A stretch of DNA of 64,000 bases. Source: Promethearchaeota archaeon (GTDB lineage Archaea; Asgardarchaeota; Lokiarchaeia; Sigyniarchaeales; SOKP01). The stretch spans positions 1 to 64,000 of the forward strand of contig JAHLWS010000071.1 of the NCBI GenBank assembly GCA_019057795.1. The letters run 5' to 3'. The notes under the pieces were generated by a model. That model saw only the letters and a program-made list of their open reading frames with translations. It searched no databases and was not told where the DNA came from. The position numbers and the translations under genes were made by a program. Each line of letters begins with the position of its first letter. Within the stretch, counting starts at the first letter, position 1. This document shows positions 19,004 to 28,221 of the stretch, piece by piece.

Positions 19004-19588
19004 ATGGTAGATTTAAATTTAGAAGTTACATATTTTGAAAAGAGCGGACCACAGAATACTGATAGGGCTTTAGAAATTGCGAAAAAATACGCCGATCAAT
19101 TTGATATAAAGGATATCGTTATCGCCAGTACCACAGGAACTACAGCTGAAAAGTCTGCTGAAATCTTTAGCCCAAAGGACTATAACATAATGATTGTGAC
19201 CCATGCCTATTATTTTGTAAATAGTACAACAAGACAAGAATTTCCAGAGGAAAAATTGAATAGTCTTAAGGAACTTGGCTTAAAATTTCATATTGGGACG
19301 CATTCAATGAGTGGTATTGAAAGAGGATTAAGATTGAAAAAAGAAGCTTGGCAATTTGTTGATTTATTAGCTAAGATGTTAGGATACCACTTCAGTCAGG
19401 GAGTTAAGGTTTGCATAGAGATATCAGCTACAATTTGCGATGCAGGACTAATCCCCGACCTTGAAAGAGACATAATCGCAGTTGGAGGTACTGGTAGAGG
19501 CGCTGATACTGTATGTTTAATTAAACCCGCTCCAACGAGCGATTTTAAGAATCTTAGAATAAAAGCAATTTTAGCTAAACCTCTATAG
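19004..19588 (+). CDS. Stand-alone pyruvate kinase alpha/beta (PK_C-like) domain protein
   Basis: YFEKSGPQNT, IASTTGTTA, QGVKVCIEI, DAG, GGTGRGADT. Confidence 0.85.
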   Translation: MVDLNLEVTYFEKSGPQNTDRALEIAKKYADQFDIKDIVIASTTGTTAEKSAEIFSPKDYNIMIVTHAYYFVNSTTRQEFPEEKLNSLKELGLKFHIGTHSMSGIERGLRLKKEAWQFVDLLAKMLGYHFSQGVKVCIEISATICDAGLIPDLERDIIAVGGTGRGADTVCLIKPAPTSDFKNLRIKAILAKPL

Positions 19589-19719
19589 AAAAAAATAAGA
19601 ATCTTAATTTGTTTTTTTTTAAAAGAATCTGAAGAACATTGATTCAGATGACACAAAATTTATAAGAAAATGGATAACAAAATCTATTAATTCAGATTAT
19701 CTATAAAAAATTGATTAAA

Positions 19720-19821
19720 ATGTCGTTAGATATAAATAACGAAGAAATAGAAGTAGAAACTACAACGTCAAAGCGTAACGTGTTTTTTTGGTCTATGTAC
19801 GATTTGGCAAATACGATTTAC
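19720..19821 (+). pseudogene. 5' remnant of an MFS transporter (UMF1/Atg22-like)
   Basis: MSLDINNEEIEVETTTSKRNVFFWSMYDLANTIY, with the WxxYDxAN TM1 signature, then loss of similarity and stop at 19867-19869. Confidence 0.7.
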
Positions 19822-20080
19822 CGACTCTTTAGAACACAAATGGATAGAAGAATATTGCAAAATTTGTAATAAATGCTTTATAGAATGTCCAGTTGGTGCA
19901 ATCTGGGAAGAAAAAAAAGTGGTAGGGAAAAGAAGCACATGTATTGACATAAAAAAATGTTTTCCTTATTTTAGCGAGACTTTAGGTTGTTCAGTTTGTA
20001 TAAAGGTATGCCCATTCGCGGAGGGATATGAATTTTTTGAAAGCACAAAACTAAAATTTACTAACAACTTGAATAATTAG
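19817..20080 (+). pseudogene. 3' remnant of a 4Fe-4S dicluster protein (reductive dehalogenase/QueG-like C-terminus)
   Basis: YCKICNKCFIECPVGAI...KCFPYFSETLGCSVCIKVCPF in a frame with no start codon. Confidence 0.75.
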
Positions 20081-20120
20081 TTCTAAATTTAAAATAAAAT
20101 AGAAAGACAAAAAAAAATGT

Positions 20121-21311
20121 TTAAATTATATCTAACTTCTTACCAACTTTTTCGATAGAACTTAAAGCTGTGTTCAAGTCGTCTTTAGTAAGTAAGGCGT
20201 TCATCTGGACTCGAATTCTTGAGAGTTCTCGTGCGACCATTGGAAAGACTATTGGTGTGCCATAGATATTTTCTTCTTCGAACAAGATTCTTGCGAGTTC
20301 TTGAGCTTTACCAGGGTCGCCAATAATCAAAGGAATGATTGGTGTTTCTGAACGTCCAGTATCGTATCCCATACTTTGAACTTCTTTCTTGAAATAGTTA
20401 GTGTGCTCCCAGACTGCTTTAACGTGTTGAGGTTCGCTTTCAACAACTTCTATTGAAGCGATGTTAGCTGCTACTACTCCAGGTGGATGCGCTGTGCTTA
20501 ACAAATATGTTCTACTTTTATTTGTACAGAATTCAATTAAATCTTTAGATCCAGCTACGGTACCGCCAAACACTCCGAAGCCCTTGCTCATTGAACCCCC
20601 TTCAACGTGAACCCTTCCTTGCAAATTGAAATGTGCGACTATACCTTTACCGTCTCCAAGAACGCCTTCTCCGTGACAATCATCAACAAAAATCATAGCT
20701 CCGAAATCTTCCGCAACATTTACAATCTTATCTAAAGGAGCCATATCTCCATCCATGCTAAAGACGCCATCAGTTATGATACAAATTCTTCTAGCTCCTC
20801 CTTTTTCAGCTTCTTTTAATTGATTTTCTAAATCTGAGATATCCCTATGTTTGTAAATAACTCGCTTCGCACCAGACAATCTAACGCCATCAATAATCGA
20901 ACCATGGTTTAATTCATCTGAGACTACTATATCTGGCTTTCCAACCAACATAGGAATTAATCCTGAGTTAACTGCAAATCCAGTTTGACATAAGAGCGAT
21001 GCTTCCACTTCTTTATATTTAGCAAATTTTTCTTGAAATTCACGGGTTAAATCAAAACTACCCGCTATTACTGGAACTGCCCCTGCGCCTGCGCCATATT
21101 TTTTAGTAGCGTCAATTGACGCCTGAATAATCTTTGGATGTGTAGCTAATCCCAAATAATTATTTGTATTAAGCATCAATACCTCTTTTCCATTTACAAT
21201 GCAGTGTGGCTTAGAACCTCCTTCTAAATATCGAATAATCCATTCTAAATTACTTTTTCTTAATTCGGTCATGTCTTCCTTAAGAAAAGCAACAGGATCT
21301 CTATTCATCAT
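20121..21311 (-). CDS. kbl: Glycine C-acetyltransferase (2-amino-3-ketobutyrate CoA ligase)
   Basis: NNYLGLA, SDELNHGSIIDGVRL, TDGVFSMDGD, DDCH, SMSKGFG, RIRVQM; divergent from threonine dehydrogenase. Confidence 0.88.
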   Translation of the reverse strand: MMNRDPVAFLKEDMTELRKSNLEWIIRYLEGGSKPHCIVNGKEVLMLNTNNYLGLATHPKIIQASIDATKKYGAGAGAVPVIAGSFDLTREFQEKFAKYKEVEASLLCQTGFAVNSGLIPMLVGKPDIVVSDELNHGSIIDGVRLSGAKRVIYKHRDISDLENQLKEAEKGGARRICIITDGVFSMDGDMAPLDKIVNVAEDFGAMIFVDDCHGEGVLGDGKGIVAHFNLQGRVHVEGGSMSKGFGVFGGTVAGSKDLIEFCTNKSRTYLLSTAHPPGVVAANIASIEVVESEPQHVKAVWEHTNYFKKEVQSMGYDTGRSETPIIPLIIGDPGKAQELARILFEEENIYGTPIVFPMVARELSRIRVQMNALLTKDDLNTALSSIEKVGKKLDII

Positions 21312-21491
21312 ATCACCTTAAATTTGTTTGAAATAAGTGAGTAAATTAATAAATTAAGTGTATATAGAAACATATATTAGTTTTTCCTATAAAAAAATAA
21401 GCCTTAAAATTTAGAAAAAAATGGATAAACCTTTTTTAATTAAGTGAATTATGAATGTCATTATATTTACTTAGAATTATGAACTTCAAAA

Positions 21492-22448
21492 TTGATGAAT
21501 ATGAGTAGAAAAATTCTTGTAATTGGTTCGGCCGGACAGATAGGATCAGAGCTTGTTCCAGCGTTAAGAAAAAAATATGGTGGAGAAAATGTAATTGCTA
21601 CTGGTAGGAGGACTCCACTTCCCGACGCCATCAAAAATTCTGGGCCCGTCATCTATTTGGATGCTTTAGATAAGAATTCTATAGCCAAAGTTATTTTTGA
21701 GTATGAAATTGATACAATCTTTCACATGGCTTCAATTTTATCAGCCACAGGAGAAAAAATGCCTCAAACAGCTTGGGATATAAATCTAAACGGTTTAATA
21801 AATGTCCTAGAAGTTGCGAGAAGTTACAAAATTGATAGAGTTATTTGGCCTAGCTCAATAGCTGCTTTTGGTCCTACAACACCCAGAGAGAATACGCCTA
21901 ATATTACTGTGCTGCAACCGACTACGATGTATGGTATAACCAAAGTAGCAGGAGAACTCTTAGCAGAGTATTATTATAATAAATACAATCTTGATATAAG
22001 ATCCATGAGATTGCCGGGAATTATTAGCAGTGAAACCTTACCCGGAGGTGGAACCACCGACTACGCTGTGGAAATTTTCTACGAAGCTATCAAAAACAAA
22101 AAATATACATGCTTTCTAAAAGAAGATACCGTATTGCCTATGCTATACATGCCAGATTGTAGCAAGTGTATGATAGACCTTCTTGAAGCAGATAATTCAA
22201 AATTAAAACGCCGCGTTTATAATCTAACTGGAATAAGTTTTTCCGCAGGAGAGATCGCAGCAGAAATCAAGAAACATATTCCAGAATTTGAAATTGATTA
22301 TAAACCCGATTTTAGGCAAGCAATAGCCGATTCATGGCCTAAAACAATTGACGATTCGCTTGCTCGAGAAGAATGGGGTTGGAATCCTGAGTACGACCTT
22401 GAAGCGATGACAAAGGATATGATAAAAATACTCAGTAAAAGATTATAA
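21492..22448 (+). CDS. tdh: L-threonine 3-dehydrogenase, SDR/GalE type
   Basis: GSAGQIG, LSATGE, PSSIAAFG, YGITK, PGGGTTDYAV, RQAIADSWP. Confidence 0.92.
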   Translation: MMNMSRKILVIGSAGQIGSELVPALRKKYGGENVIATGRRTPLPDAIKNSGPVIYLDALDKNSIAKVIFEYEIDTIFHMASILSATGEKMPQTAWDINLNGLINVLEVARSYKIDRVIWPSSIAAFGPTTPRENTPNITVLQPTTMYGITKVAGELLAEYYYNKYNLDIRSMRLPGIISSETLPGGGTTDYAVEIFYEAIKNKKYTCFLKEDTVLPMLYMPDCSKCMIDLLEADNSKLKRRVYNLTGISFSAGEIAAEIKKHIPEFEIDYKPDFRQAIADSWPKTIDDSLAREEWGWNPEYDLEAMTKDMIKILSKRL

Positions 22449-22468
22449 AAGTTTAAAATTAATTATTC

Positions 22469-23575
22469 TTACTTTCTTTTATTTTTTTTTCTTAACTCTT
22501 GTTTCTTATTCATGATCATAGCGTAAAGGTCTTCCTTAGTTTTAGGTGGAATAGCTTCAGTATCTTTTTTCTTGAGTTGAATAGCCTCCTCGGGACAAGT
22601 TGGAACACAGACTCCACAACCAATGCATCGTTTAAGAATTACTTTTGATATACCATCCGTAAGTTTAAACGCATTGATTGGACATCGCTCTATACAAGTA
22701 CCACAACCCGTACATAAATCAGGGTTTACTTCTGCATAAAAATTACCTGATATTATTCGAGAAGGTCGAGGGACTAAATTAATTTTGGTTAAGATTTCGC
22801 AACAACAGCTACAACAAGTACACATAAATTCTGGTTGCTCTGTATTTCCCGCCTGCATAACCAATCCATTATCCTCAGCCTTCCTTAAGATTTCAAGAGC
22901 TTCTTTTTTATTAATAGGGCGTGCCCATCCTTGACTAAGAAACAATTGCCCAACAGTTCCAAAATATAAACATGTTTCGCGCATATCCGTTTGTTTACAA
23001 GGTTCACCGATTAAGTCTTTGCTTTGTCGACAGACACAATTTGCTACGCCAATAGGTTCTACAGAATTTTCAATTACGATTTTTAATTCATCGTAATTAG
23101 CTACATGATTTTCAGGGGTAATACTTTCTTCAATTGGTATTGTACGAAATTGCGATATTTTTGTGCCCAATAATTCGACTCCAAAAACAGATGTTAGGTA
23201 TTCCGAAAAATCTTCTATGAAATTTTTAGTTAGTTTATTAACTTGATACTCGAATATTCCAACAACAAAAGGAATGTTAGCGTAGAATTTCGTCTCGTTC
23301 TCTGTTTTATAATTAAGCGTGCCTTTTTTGACCATACTATCAAGCGTTTTCTCTAGCTCAGCTATAGACATCTTATTCTTGTTTATTCTCTTATGGATTT
23401 GCTCCAAAGTAGCATATGTCCAATCCAATTTTGTTCCAACGAATGCTTCTTCATCATTAAAGAGATATTTCAATATTCTTATTTCTACGCCTGATTTTGT
23501 GGCAGGAAACCCTATTGGAAATTGATCTAAATGAATCTGTAAATTTCGATATAAATCTTGTGTTTCTTCTGTCAT
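22469..23575 (-). CDS. 4Fe-4S binding protein with N-terminal HTH-like region
   Basis: CVCR, MCTCCSCCC, two CxxCxxCxxxCP motifs. Confidence 0.9.
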   Translation of the reverse strand: MTEETQDLYRNLQIHLDQFPIGFPATKSGVEIRILKYLFNDEEAFVGTKLDWTYATLEQIHKRINKNKMSIAELEKTLDSMVKKGTLNYKTENETKFYANIPFVVGIFEYQVNKLTKNFIEDFSEYLTSVFGVELLGTKISQFRTIPIEESITPENHVANYDELKIVIENSVEPIGVANCVCRQSKDLIGEPCKQTDMRETCLYFGTVGQLFLSQGWARPINKKEALEILRKAEDNGLVMQAGNTEQPEFMCTCCSCCCEILTKINLVPRPSRIISGNFYAEVNPDLCTGCGTCIERCPINAFKLTDGISKVILKRCIGCGVCVPTCPEEAIQLKKKDTEAIPPKTKEDLYAMIMNKKQELRKKNKRK

Positions 23576-23692
23576 TTATATAACTTCCTTTATAAATTTC
23601 AAATTTGAGATAATAATTAAAATAATATTATATCATTACTTGCTTTTATAAATGTAATTGTATCTCAATTATAATTTGTTTTAAAATTAAGA

Positions 23693-24475
23693 GTGAAAAA
23701 AAAAATGAAGATTGTATTCCACGAGCGGTATTATAATGAAAGTTACGCAATGGACCCAGCTGCTTCACCAGGGCGCTTGGAAGGAATAATAGATTTATTG
23801 TCAAGTGATAAAGAATATGAATTTATAACACCAGAACCCGCATCGAAGGATGATATTTTGAAAGCACATTCTGAAAGACATTACAACTATATTAAAGACA
23901 TTGCATTATTATTCGAACTTGCTTCGCTTGCTGCGGGTGGTGCCATCTTAGCTGCCGAAGAAGCTTACAGTGGTAATCCTACTTTTGCGGTTATCAGACC
24001 TCCAGGACATCACGCGTCTGCTGATTCGTGTTGGGGTTTTTGCTACTTCAATAACATTAGTATAAGTCTGTTAAAATTGTTTTCTGAACTTAAAATTAAA
24101 TCAGCGTTCGTACTCGATTTCGATTTACACACAGGTGACGGTAACATCAATATCTTAACTTTCAGAGACGATGATTTTAGGGTTAAAATTCTCAACCCTG
24201 ATTCGAGCGGAAGAACAAATTATCTTAAAGAAGTTCAGAACTACATGGAAGAATTAGATAATATTGATATTTTTGTGGCTTCAGCTGGCTTCGATCAAGG
24301 AATTGAAGATTGGGGACATCTTTTATATCATGAAGACTATTTTGAATTAGGAAAGTTAATGAAAGAATATTCTGAAAAGCTTTGTAAAGGGCGGAGATAT
24401 GCGCTTTTAGAGGGGGGTTATAATCACGAAGTATTACCTAAAAATGTGAATTCATTCTGCCAAGGGTTTAAATAA
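23693..24475 (+). CDS. Histone deacetylase family protein
   Basis: RPPGHHA, GFCYFNN, DFDLHTGDG, SAGFD, LEGGY. Confidence 0.93.
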   Translation: MKKKMKIVFHERYYNESYAMDPAASPGRLEGIIDLLSSDKEYEFITPEPASKDDILKAHSERHYNYIKDIALLFELASLAAGGAILAAEEAYSGNPTFAVIRPPGHHASADSCWGFCYFNNISISLLKLFSELKIKSAFVLDFDLHTGDGNINILTFRDDDFRVKILNPDSSGRTNYLKEVQNYMEELDNIDIFVASAGFDQGIEDWGHLLYHEDYFELGKLMKEYSEKLCKGRRYALLEGGYNHEVLPKNVNSFCQGFK

Positions 24476-24520
24476 AAAAAAAATAATTAAGTTTTTACCT
24501 AAAAATCAATAGTTCTTGGT

Positions 24521-25147
24521 TTAAAAGGCTCTTGATTTTCCTTTTAAATCGAAATTCGCTATAACCCCACTTCTATTCTTGAACTCCCATTTTCTTCCAA
24601 AATCACTATAGTTCCAGAAATGAGTGTTACAGATTTTTAAATCTGAAAGGTACATACCGAATAGAGAATTTTCAAGTCTTTGAGGATTTTTTCCATCGAG
24701 TCCTGGAGTAAAGGATAATTTCATTTCTCCGTAAGGCATAGTAATGTGGAAAGTATTTCCCTCTTGGTTTAAATTAATATCCACATATTTTATTCCTAAC
24801 ACTTTCGATAGAATCATCCCACCAGGAATTTTATTAGTAAAAAAAGGTTCTAAGTATCTCCTTTGTTCTTCAGTAGTTTTATCGCTTATATATACCCCTC
24901 CTTCTCCGCCTTTAGTCAATACATCAGCAGCTTTATTAGAATATAAATCAACTACATGAATTGCCATTACGCCGCCCATATCCACGTCACCGATTTTACC
25001 TTCGTCATATTGGAATAATTGAAATGATTTACAAGGAGTTTCTCTGTCTCTTCCAAAATAAAACGAGCAATGCCCCTCTGATGCGCATGCCTCATACCAT
25101 ACACCTTTAGTACTCCAACTAATTCTTTCTTTTGCTTCTTTAGACAT
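24521..25147 (-). CDS. DUF1326-like protein
   Basis: N-terminal W..KGVWYEAC...HC..F....PC pattern, GDVDMGGV, YISDKTTEEQR. Confidence 0.7.
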   Translation of the reverse strand: MSKEAKERISWSTKGVWYEACASEGHCSFYFGRDRETPCKSFQLFQYDEGKIGDVDMGGVMAIHVVDLYSNKAADVLTKGGEGGVYISDKTTEEQRRYLEPFFTNKIPGGMILSKVLGIKYVDINLNQEGNTFHITMPYGEMKLSFTPGLDGKNPQRLENSLFGMYLSDLKICNTHFWNYSDFGRKWEFKNRSGVIANFDLKGKSRAF

Positions 25148-25408
25148 TATTTCACACCTCTATCTTTACAAATTTATAATTTTTATGATTTTAATTATAT
25201 GGAAGATAAAGCTTTCCATGAGAAAAGAACTTAAAATCATATTTAATATTTTTGACTCCTTTGTCTAAAGATATCTAAAAAAGATTTAGTTATGTAAAGG
25301 GTTAACTTCAAAGGAACAATAATTTATACTATTTTTTTTACGCTTCTTTATAAATTTATTATATGATGAGAAAGATTGTTATTTAGAACAAAATTTAATC
25401 CTTGAATG

Positions 25409-25813
25409 CTACACCCAGATTATTGGGGTAATTTCAGCAATTTCCTTATCATTAGTTAAAATAGCAGATGCCTTATGCTGATAAAAAGAACTCACAATCA
25501 TTCTATCATGGAGTTCTGGTATATTTAATCCATTAAAAATCCGCCATGCAGGCATATCTAAATTAGTAAGTTGAATAATTTCTTCTTCTTCAAGAATTTG
25601 AAAAATTAATTCAATTTTTTCTAAAGGGATTTCATTTCCAAAGATTTCCTTACCTTTATACATTGTATATAGCGTTTCTCCTAAAGCAATTGAGGGTAAT
25701 AATAATTTAACTTGCTTTTTCTCTGCTTTTTTAAACAACTCATCTACTTTAGTTGGAAGATTATCAGATAGGTAAGCTAAAAAAGCTACGGTATCAACGA
25801 TAAAAGATTCCAA
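25409..25813 (-). CDS. vapC: PIN-domain toxin (VapC family)
   Basis: IVDT, ALGE, ELHDRMIV, LTND acidic tetrad. Confidence 0.88.
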   Translation of the reverse strand: MESFIVDTVAFLAYLSDNLPTKVDELFKKAEKKQVKLLLPSIALGETLYTMYKGKEIFGNEIPLEKIELIFQILEEEEIIQLTNLDMPAWRIFNGLNIPELHDRMIVSSFYQHKASAILTNDKEIAEITPIIWV

Positions 25814-25814
25814 C

Positions 25815-26054
25815 CTATAACCTCCATTTTTGCCTTTCAGATTGAATGAACTCTATTGCTTTATTTAAAGTAATCTCTTCTCTTAATAATCCTCTGAGCA
25901 TACCTAAATGTCTGGTTTTAGGCTTGATAATTATTCCCTCATCCTTGATATAGATAATGACTTCATCTCCTTCATGAAGTTTGAGTTGTTCTCGAAAATC
26001 CTTAGGAATAGTAAGTTGTCCTTTTGACGAAATCCTGCAATATTTTATTTCCAT
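25815..26054 (-). CDS. AbrB/MazE/SpoVT family antitoxin
   Basis: ISSKGQLTIPKDFREQLKLHEGD; 1 nt upstream of the PIN gene. Confidence 0.92.
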   Translation of the reverse strand: MEIKYCRISSKGQLTIPKDFREQLKLHEGDEVIIYIKDEGIIIKPKTRHLGMLRGLLREEITLNKAIEFIQSERQKWRL

Positions 26055-26076
26055 TCTTATCCAATTATAAAAAGAT

Positions 26077-26099
26077 AAGTAAGCATTTAAATCTTACTT
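26077..26099 (-). promoter_or_regulatory. Putative TA operator flanking a TATA box
   Basis: aagtaag-catttaaat-cttactt inverted repeat; minus-strand TTTAAA about 30 nt upstream of the antitoxin ATG. Confidence 0.6.
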
Positions 26100-26173
26100 T
26101 TTTATTTTGAGTCTTACATTTTCTTTTTTCAGTAAAGAACGAATTGTATAGAAACTTACGCATAAAAAAAATT

Positions 26174-27496
26174 TTAATTTATTTGATAGAAGTGTTCTTC
26201 AAATTCAGGTTTTCCCTTATACTTACCTAAGAATAACAGTGGAGCCATTTTTATATTTTTAAAGATATAAGATGGAGCTCGAATCCCTGCCTTTCTAAGC
26301 GCTTCTTGTATGCCGTCGACTTCAGGAGGACATCCTTTAATCGCTATAAGTTCGTTTATATCTGGATGGTCTTTATTTTTATTGTATTGGCATTGTCCAA
26401 GCAAAATTGTTTTGTTCATTCCTGGAGATGGTTCCATTATTTTCCCTGTTAAAATTTCTACGTTATCAAAATCCTTACCTTTCCACGCTTCTTTAATTGC
26501 CATCAAAATAACGCCGTTAAAAAAGCTACAATAGGTACACATAGTTTCGTCGTATCTGCGATAACTTATTCCTCCAATACCCGCTTTAGCATAAGAGAGA
26601 GGTAATGTATTGTTATTTTTGTATATGAATTCCCATCCGTGAGGAACGGCAAGATCTTCTATGGTTTCTCCTTTTATTTCAATGTCAGATAAATCTATTG
26701 GACGATTTCTATCTTTAGCCGCTTGAACCAAATGAGGGACGGCTATAGGGTCAATGCCTAATAAACTCGAACCAACTAAATCTGCTGAAAGAATATTAGT
26801 TGATGCGACTAAAATGTCACTTCTGTGAGCTTTACCGTCAAATGTTGGTCCCCTCTCAAGCGTGTAAACCCCATCAATGATTGTAAGACTAGGTGGTGCT
26901 TTGTTCGCTAGTTTAGACACGTTATAATGAAGAGTATATTTAGGATCGTCACCGTGAAACTTTTTACGCGACGGAATATTAATCAAACCTTTCAGATTTT
27001 TTAATCCTAAACTGACAACACATTGAGCGTGTGTTTTGAGGACTGGGACATCTATTAAAAAATCTGATTGAAGCATATCTGAGTTCATTTTTGCTGTTAC
27101 TCCTTCTGCTAACTCTACTTTTTCGAATGGGCGCTCAAAAATATCGTATACTTTAACGCCATATCGTTCCTTGAAAATATTATATCCAAGCTTTTCGAAA
27201 GCATCTTTAGATGTTTCTCTATCTTTTGGATCTTCTGTGATAACTCCTTCTCCAATGGTGATATCAGTAACACCATGTTCTTTCAGTAATATTAAAATTT
27301 CTTCCATTACGCTCGATGTTGTTAGCATACCCCACTTCGGAAAATCACAATGTCTATTCCAATAGACTAAATTGGGCTTTATGAAAACTTTCGCGCTAGG
27401 GTCAAGATTATCGAACCCATTAGCAAGGTCAACGGCTTTTCGAACGGATTCTGATCCTTTTTCGTATTTAACAATAGAAACTATAGATTTATTCAT
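26174..27496 (-). CDS. DUF362 domain protein
   Basis: VFIKPN, IGEG, PVLKTH, LGLKNLKG, DG...ERGP; C-terminal CxxC / GQC / GCPP. Confidence 0.88.
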   Translation of the reverse strand: MNKSIVSIVKYEKGSESVRKAVDLANGFDNLDPSAKVFIKPNLVYWNRHCDFPKWGMLTTSSVMEEILILLKEHGVTDITIGEGVITEDPKDRETSKDAFEKLGYNIFKERYGVKVYDIFERPFEKVELAEGVTAKMNSDMLQSDFLIDVPVLKTHAQCVVSLGLKNLKGLINIPSRKKFHGDDPKYTLHYNVSKLANKAPPSLTIIDGVYTLERGPTFDGKAHRSDILVASTNILSADLVGSSLLGIDPIAVPHLVQAAKDRNRPIDLSDIEIKGETIEDLAVPHGWEFIYKNNNTLPLSYAKAGIGGISYRRYDETMCTYCSFFNGVILMAIKEAWKGKDFDNVEILTGKIMEPSPGMNKTILLGQCQYNKNKDHPDINELIAIKGCPPEVDGIQEALRKAGIRAPSYIFKNIKMAPLLFLGKYKGKPEFEEHFYQIN

Positions 27497-27594
27497 GTAA
27501 TTATACCTTTTCTTTTATTAAATTATTAGTGAATTGAATATTAAATATTTTAAAAATTAATTTGTTTTAGAAATAAGTCTAAAAATTACTTGAT

Positions 27595-28194
27595 TTACTC
27601 TCTTACTTTCTTTTCCCAGTCTTCTCTTAGGATAGCCATTATTATTTCGTCGTAATACTTGCCACTATGATATCTTGCTTGCCGTTTTCTTCCTTCTTCG
27701 ACAAACCCTACTTTTTGATATGATTTGTAAGCGCGAATATTAAATTCGTAAACGCTTAATTCGATCCTATTCATATTTAATGTTTTGAAACTATACTCTA
27801 CGAGCATTTCCATCGCTTCTGTTCCCAAACCTTTACCATGATATTCTTTTTCTCCGATAGTAATACCACACGAACATGCTCGATTTTTGGAGTCTATATT
27901 TTGAATCGCGCAATTTCCAATGATCTTTTCAGGGTTTTCTTGATCTAATAGAAGAATTGAGAAATAAATGGCATTTTCTTTGTGCTTAAGCGCACTGAAC
28001 CATTCTTCTTCCCAATCCCTAGTCAATGGTTTATACATAAGCAAGTACTGCGTAATCTCAGGGTCGTTAAACCACTTTAGAAAAAGATTAATGTGTTTTC
28101 TATCAAGAGGAGCAAATTTAATTCGCTTTCCTTTTATCATAAATACTAAGATTTCTACAAATTTTAAAAAATTAACGAAAAACGATAAAAACAA
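27595..28194 (-). CDS. GNAT N-acetyltransferase, RimJ/RimL type
   Basis: GKGLGTEA, NIRA..YQKVGFVEEGRKR; true start probably ATG at 28140. Confidence 0.9.
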   Translation of the reverse strand: MFLSFFVNFLKFVEILVFMIKGKRIKFAPLDRKHINLFLKWFNDPEITQYLLMYKPLTRDWEEEWFSALKHKENAIYFSILLLDQENPEKIIGNCAIQNIDSKNRACSCGITIGEKEYHGKGLGTEAMEMLVEYSFKTLNMNRIELSVYEFNIRAYKSYQKVGFVEEGRKRQARYHSGKYYDEIIMAILREDWEKKVRE

Positions 28195-28221
28195 ACAGTA
28201 CGATATAAAATGAAAAGTAGA

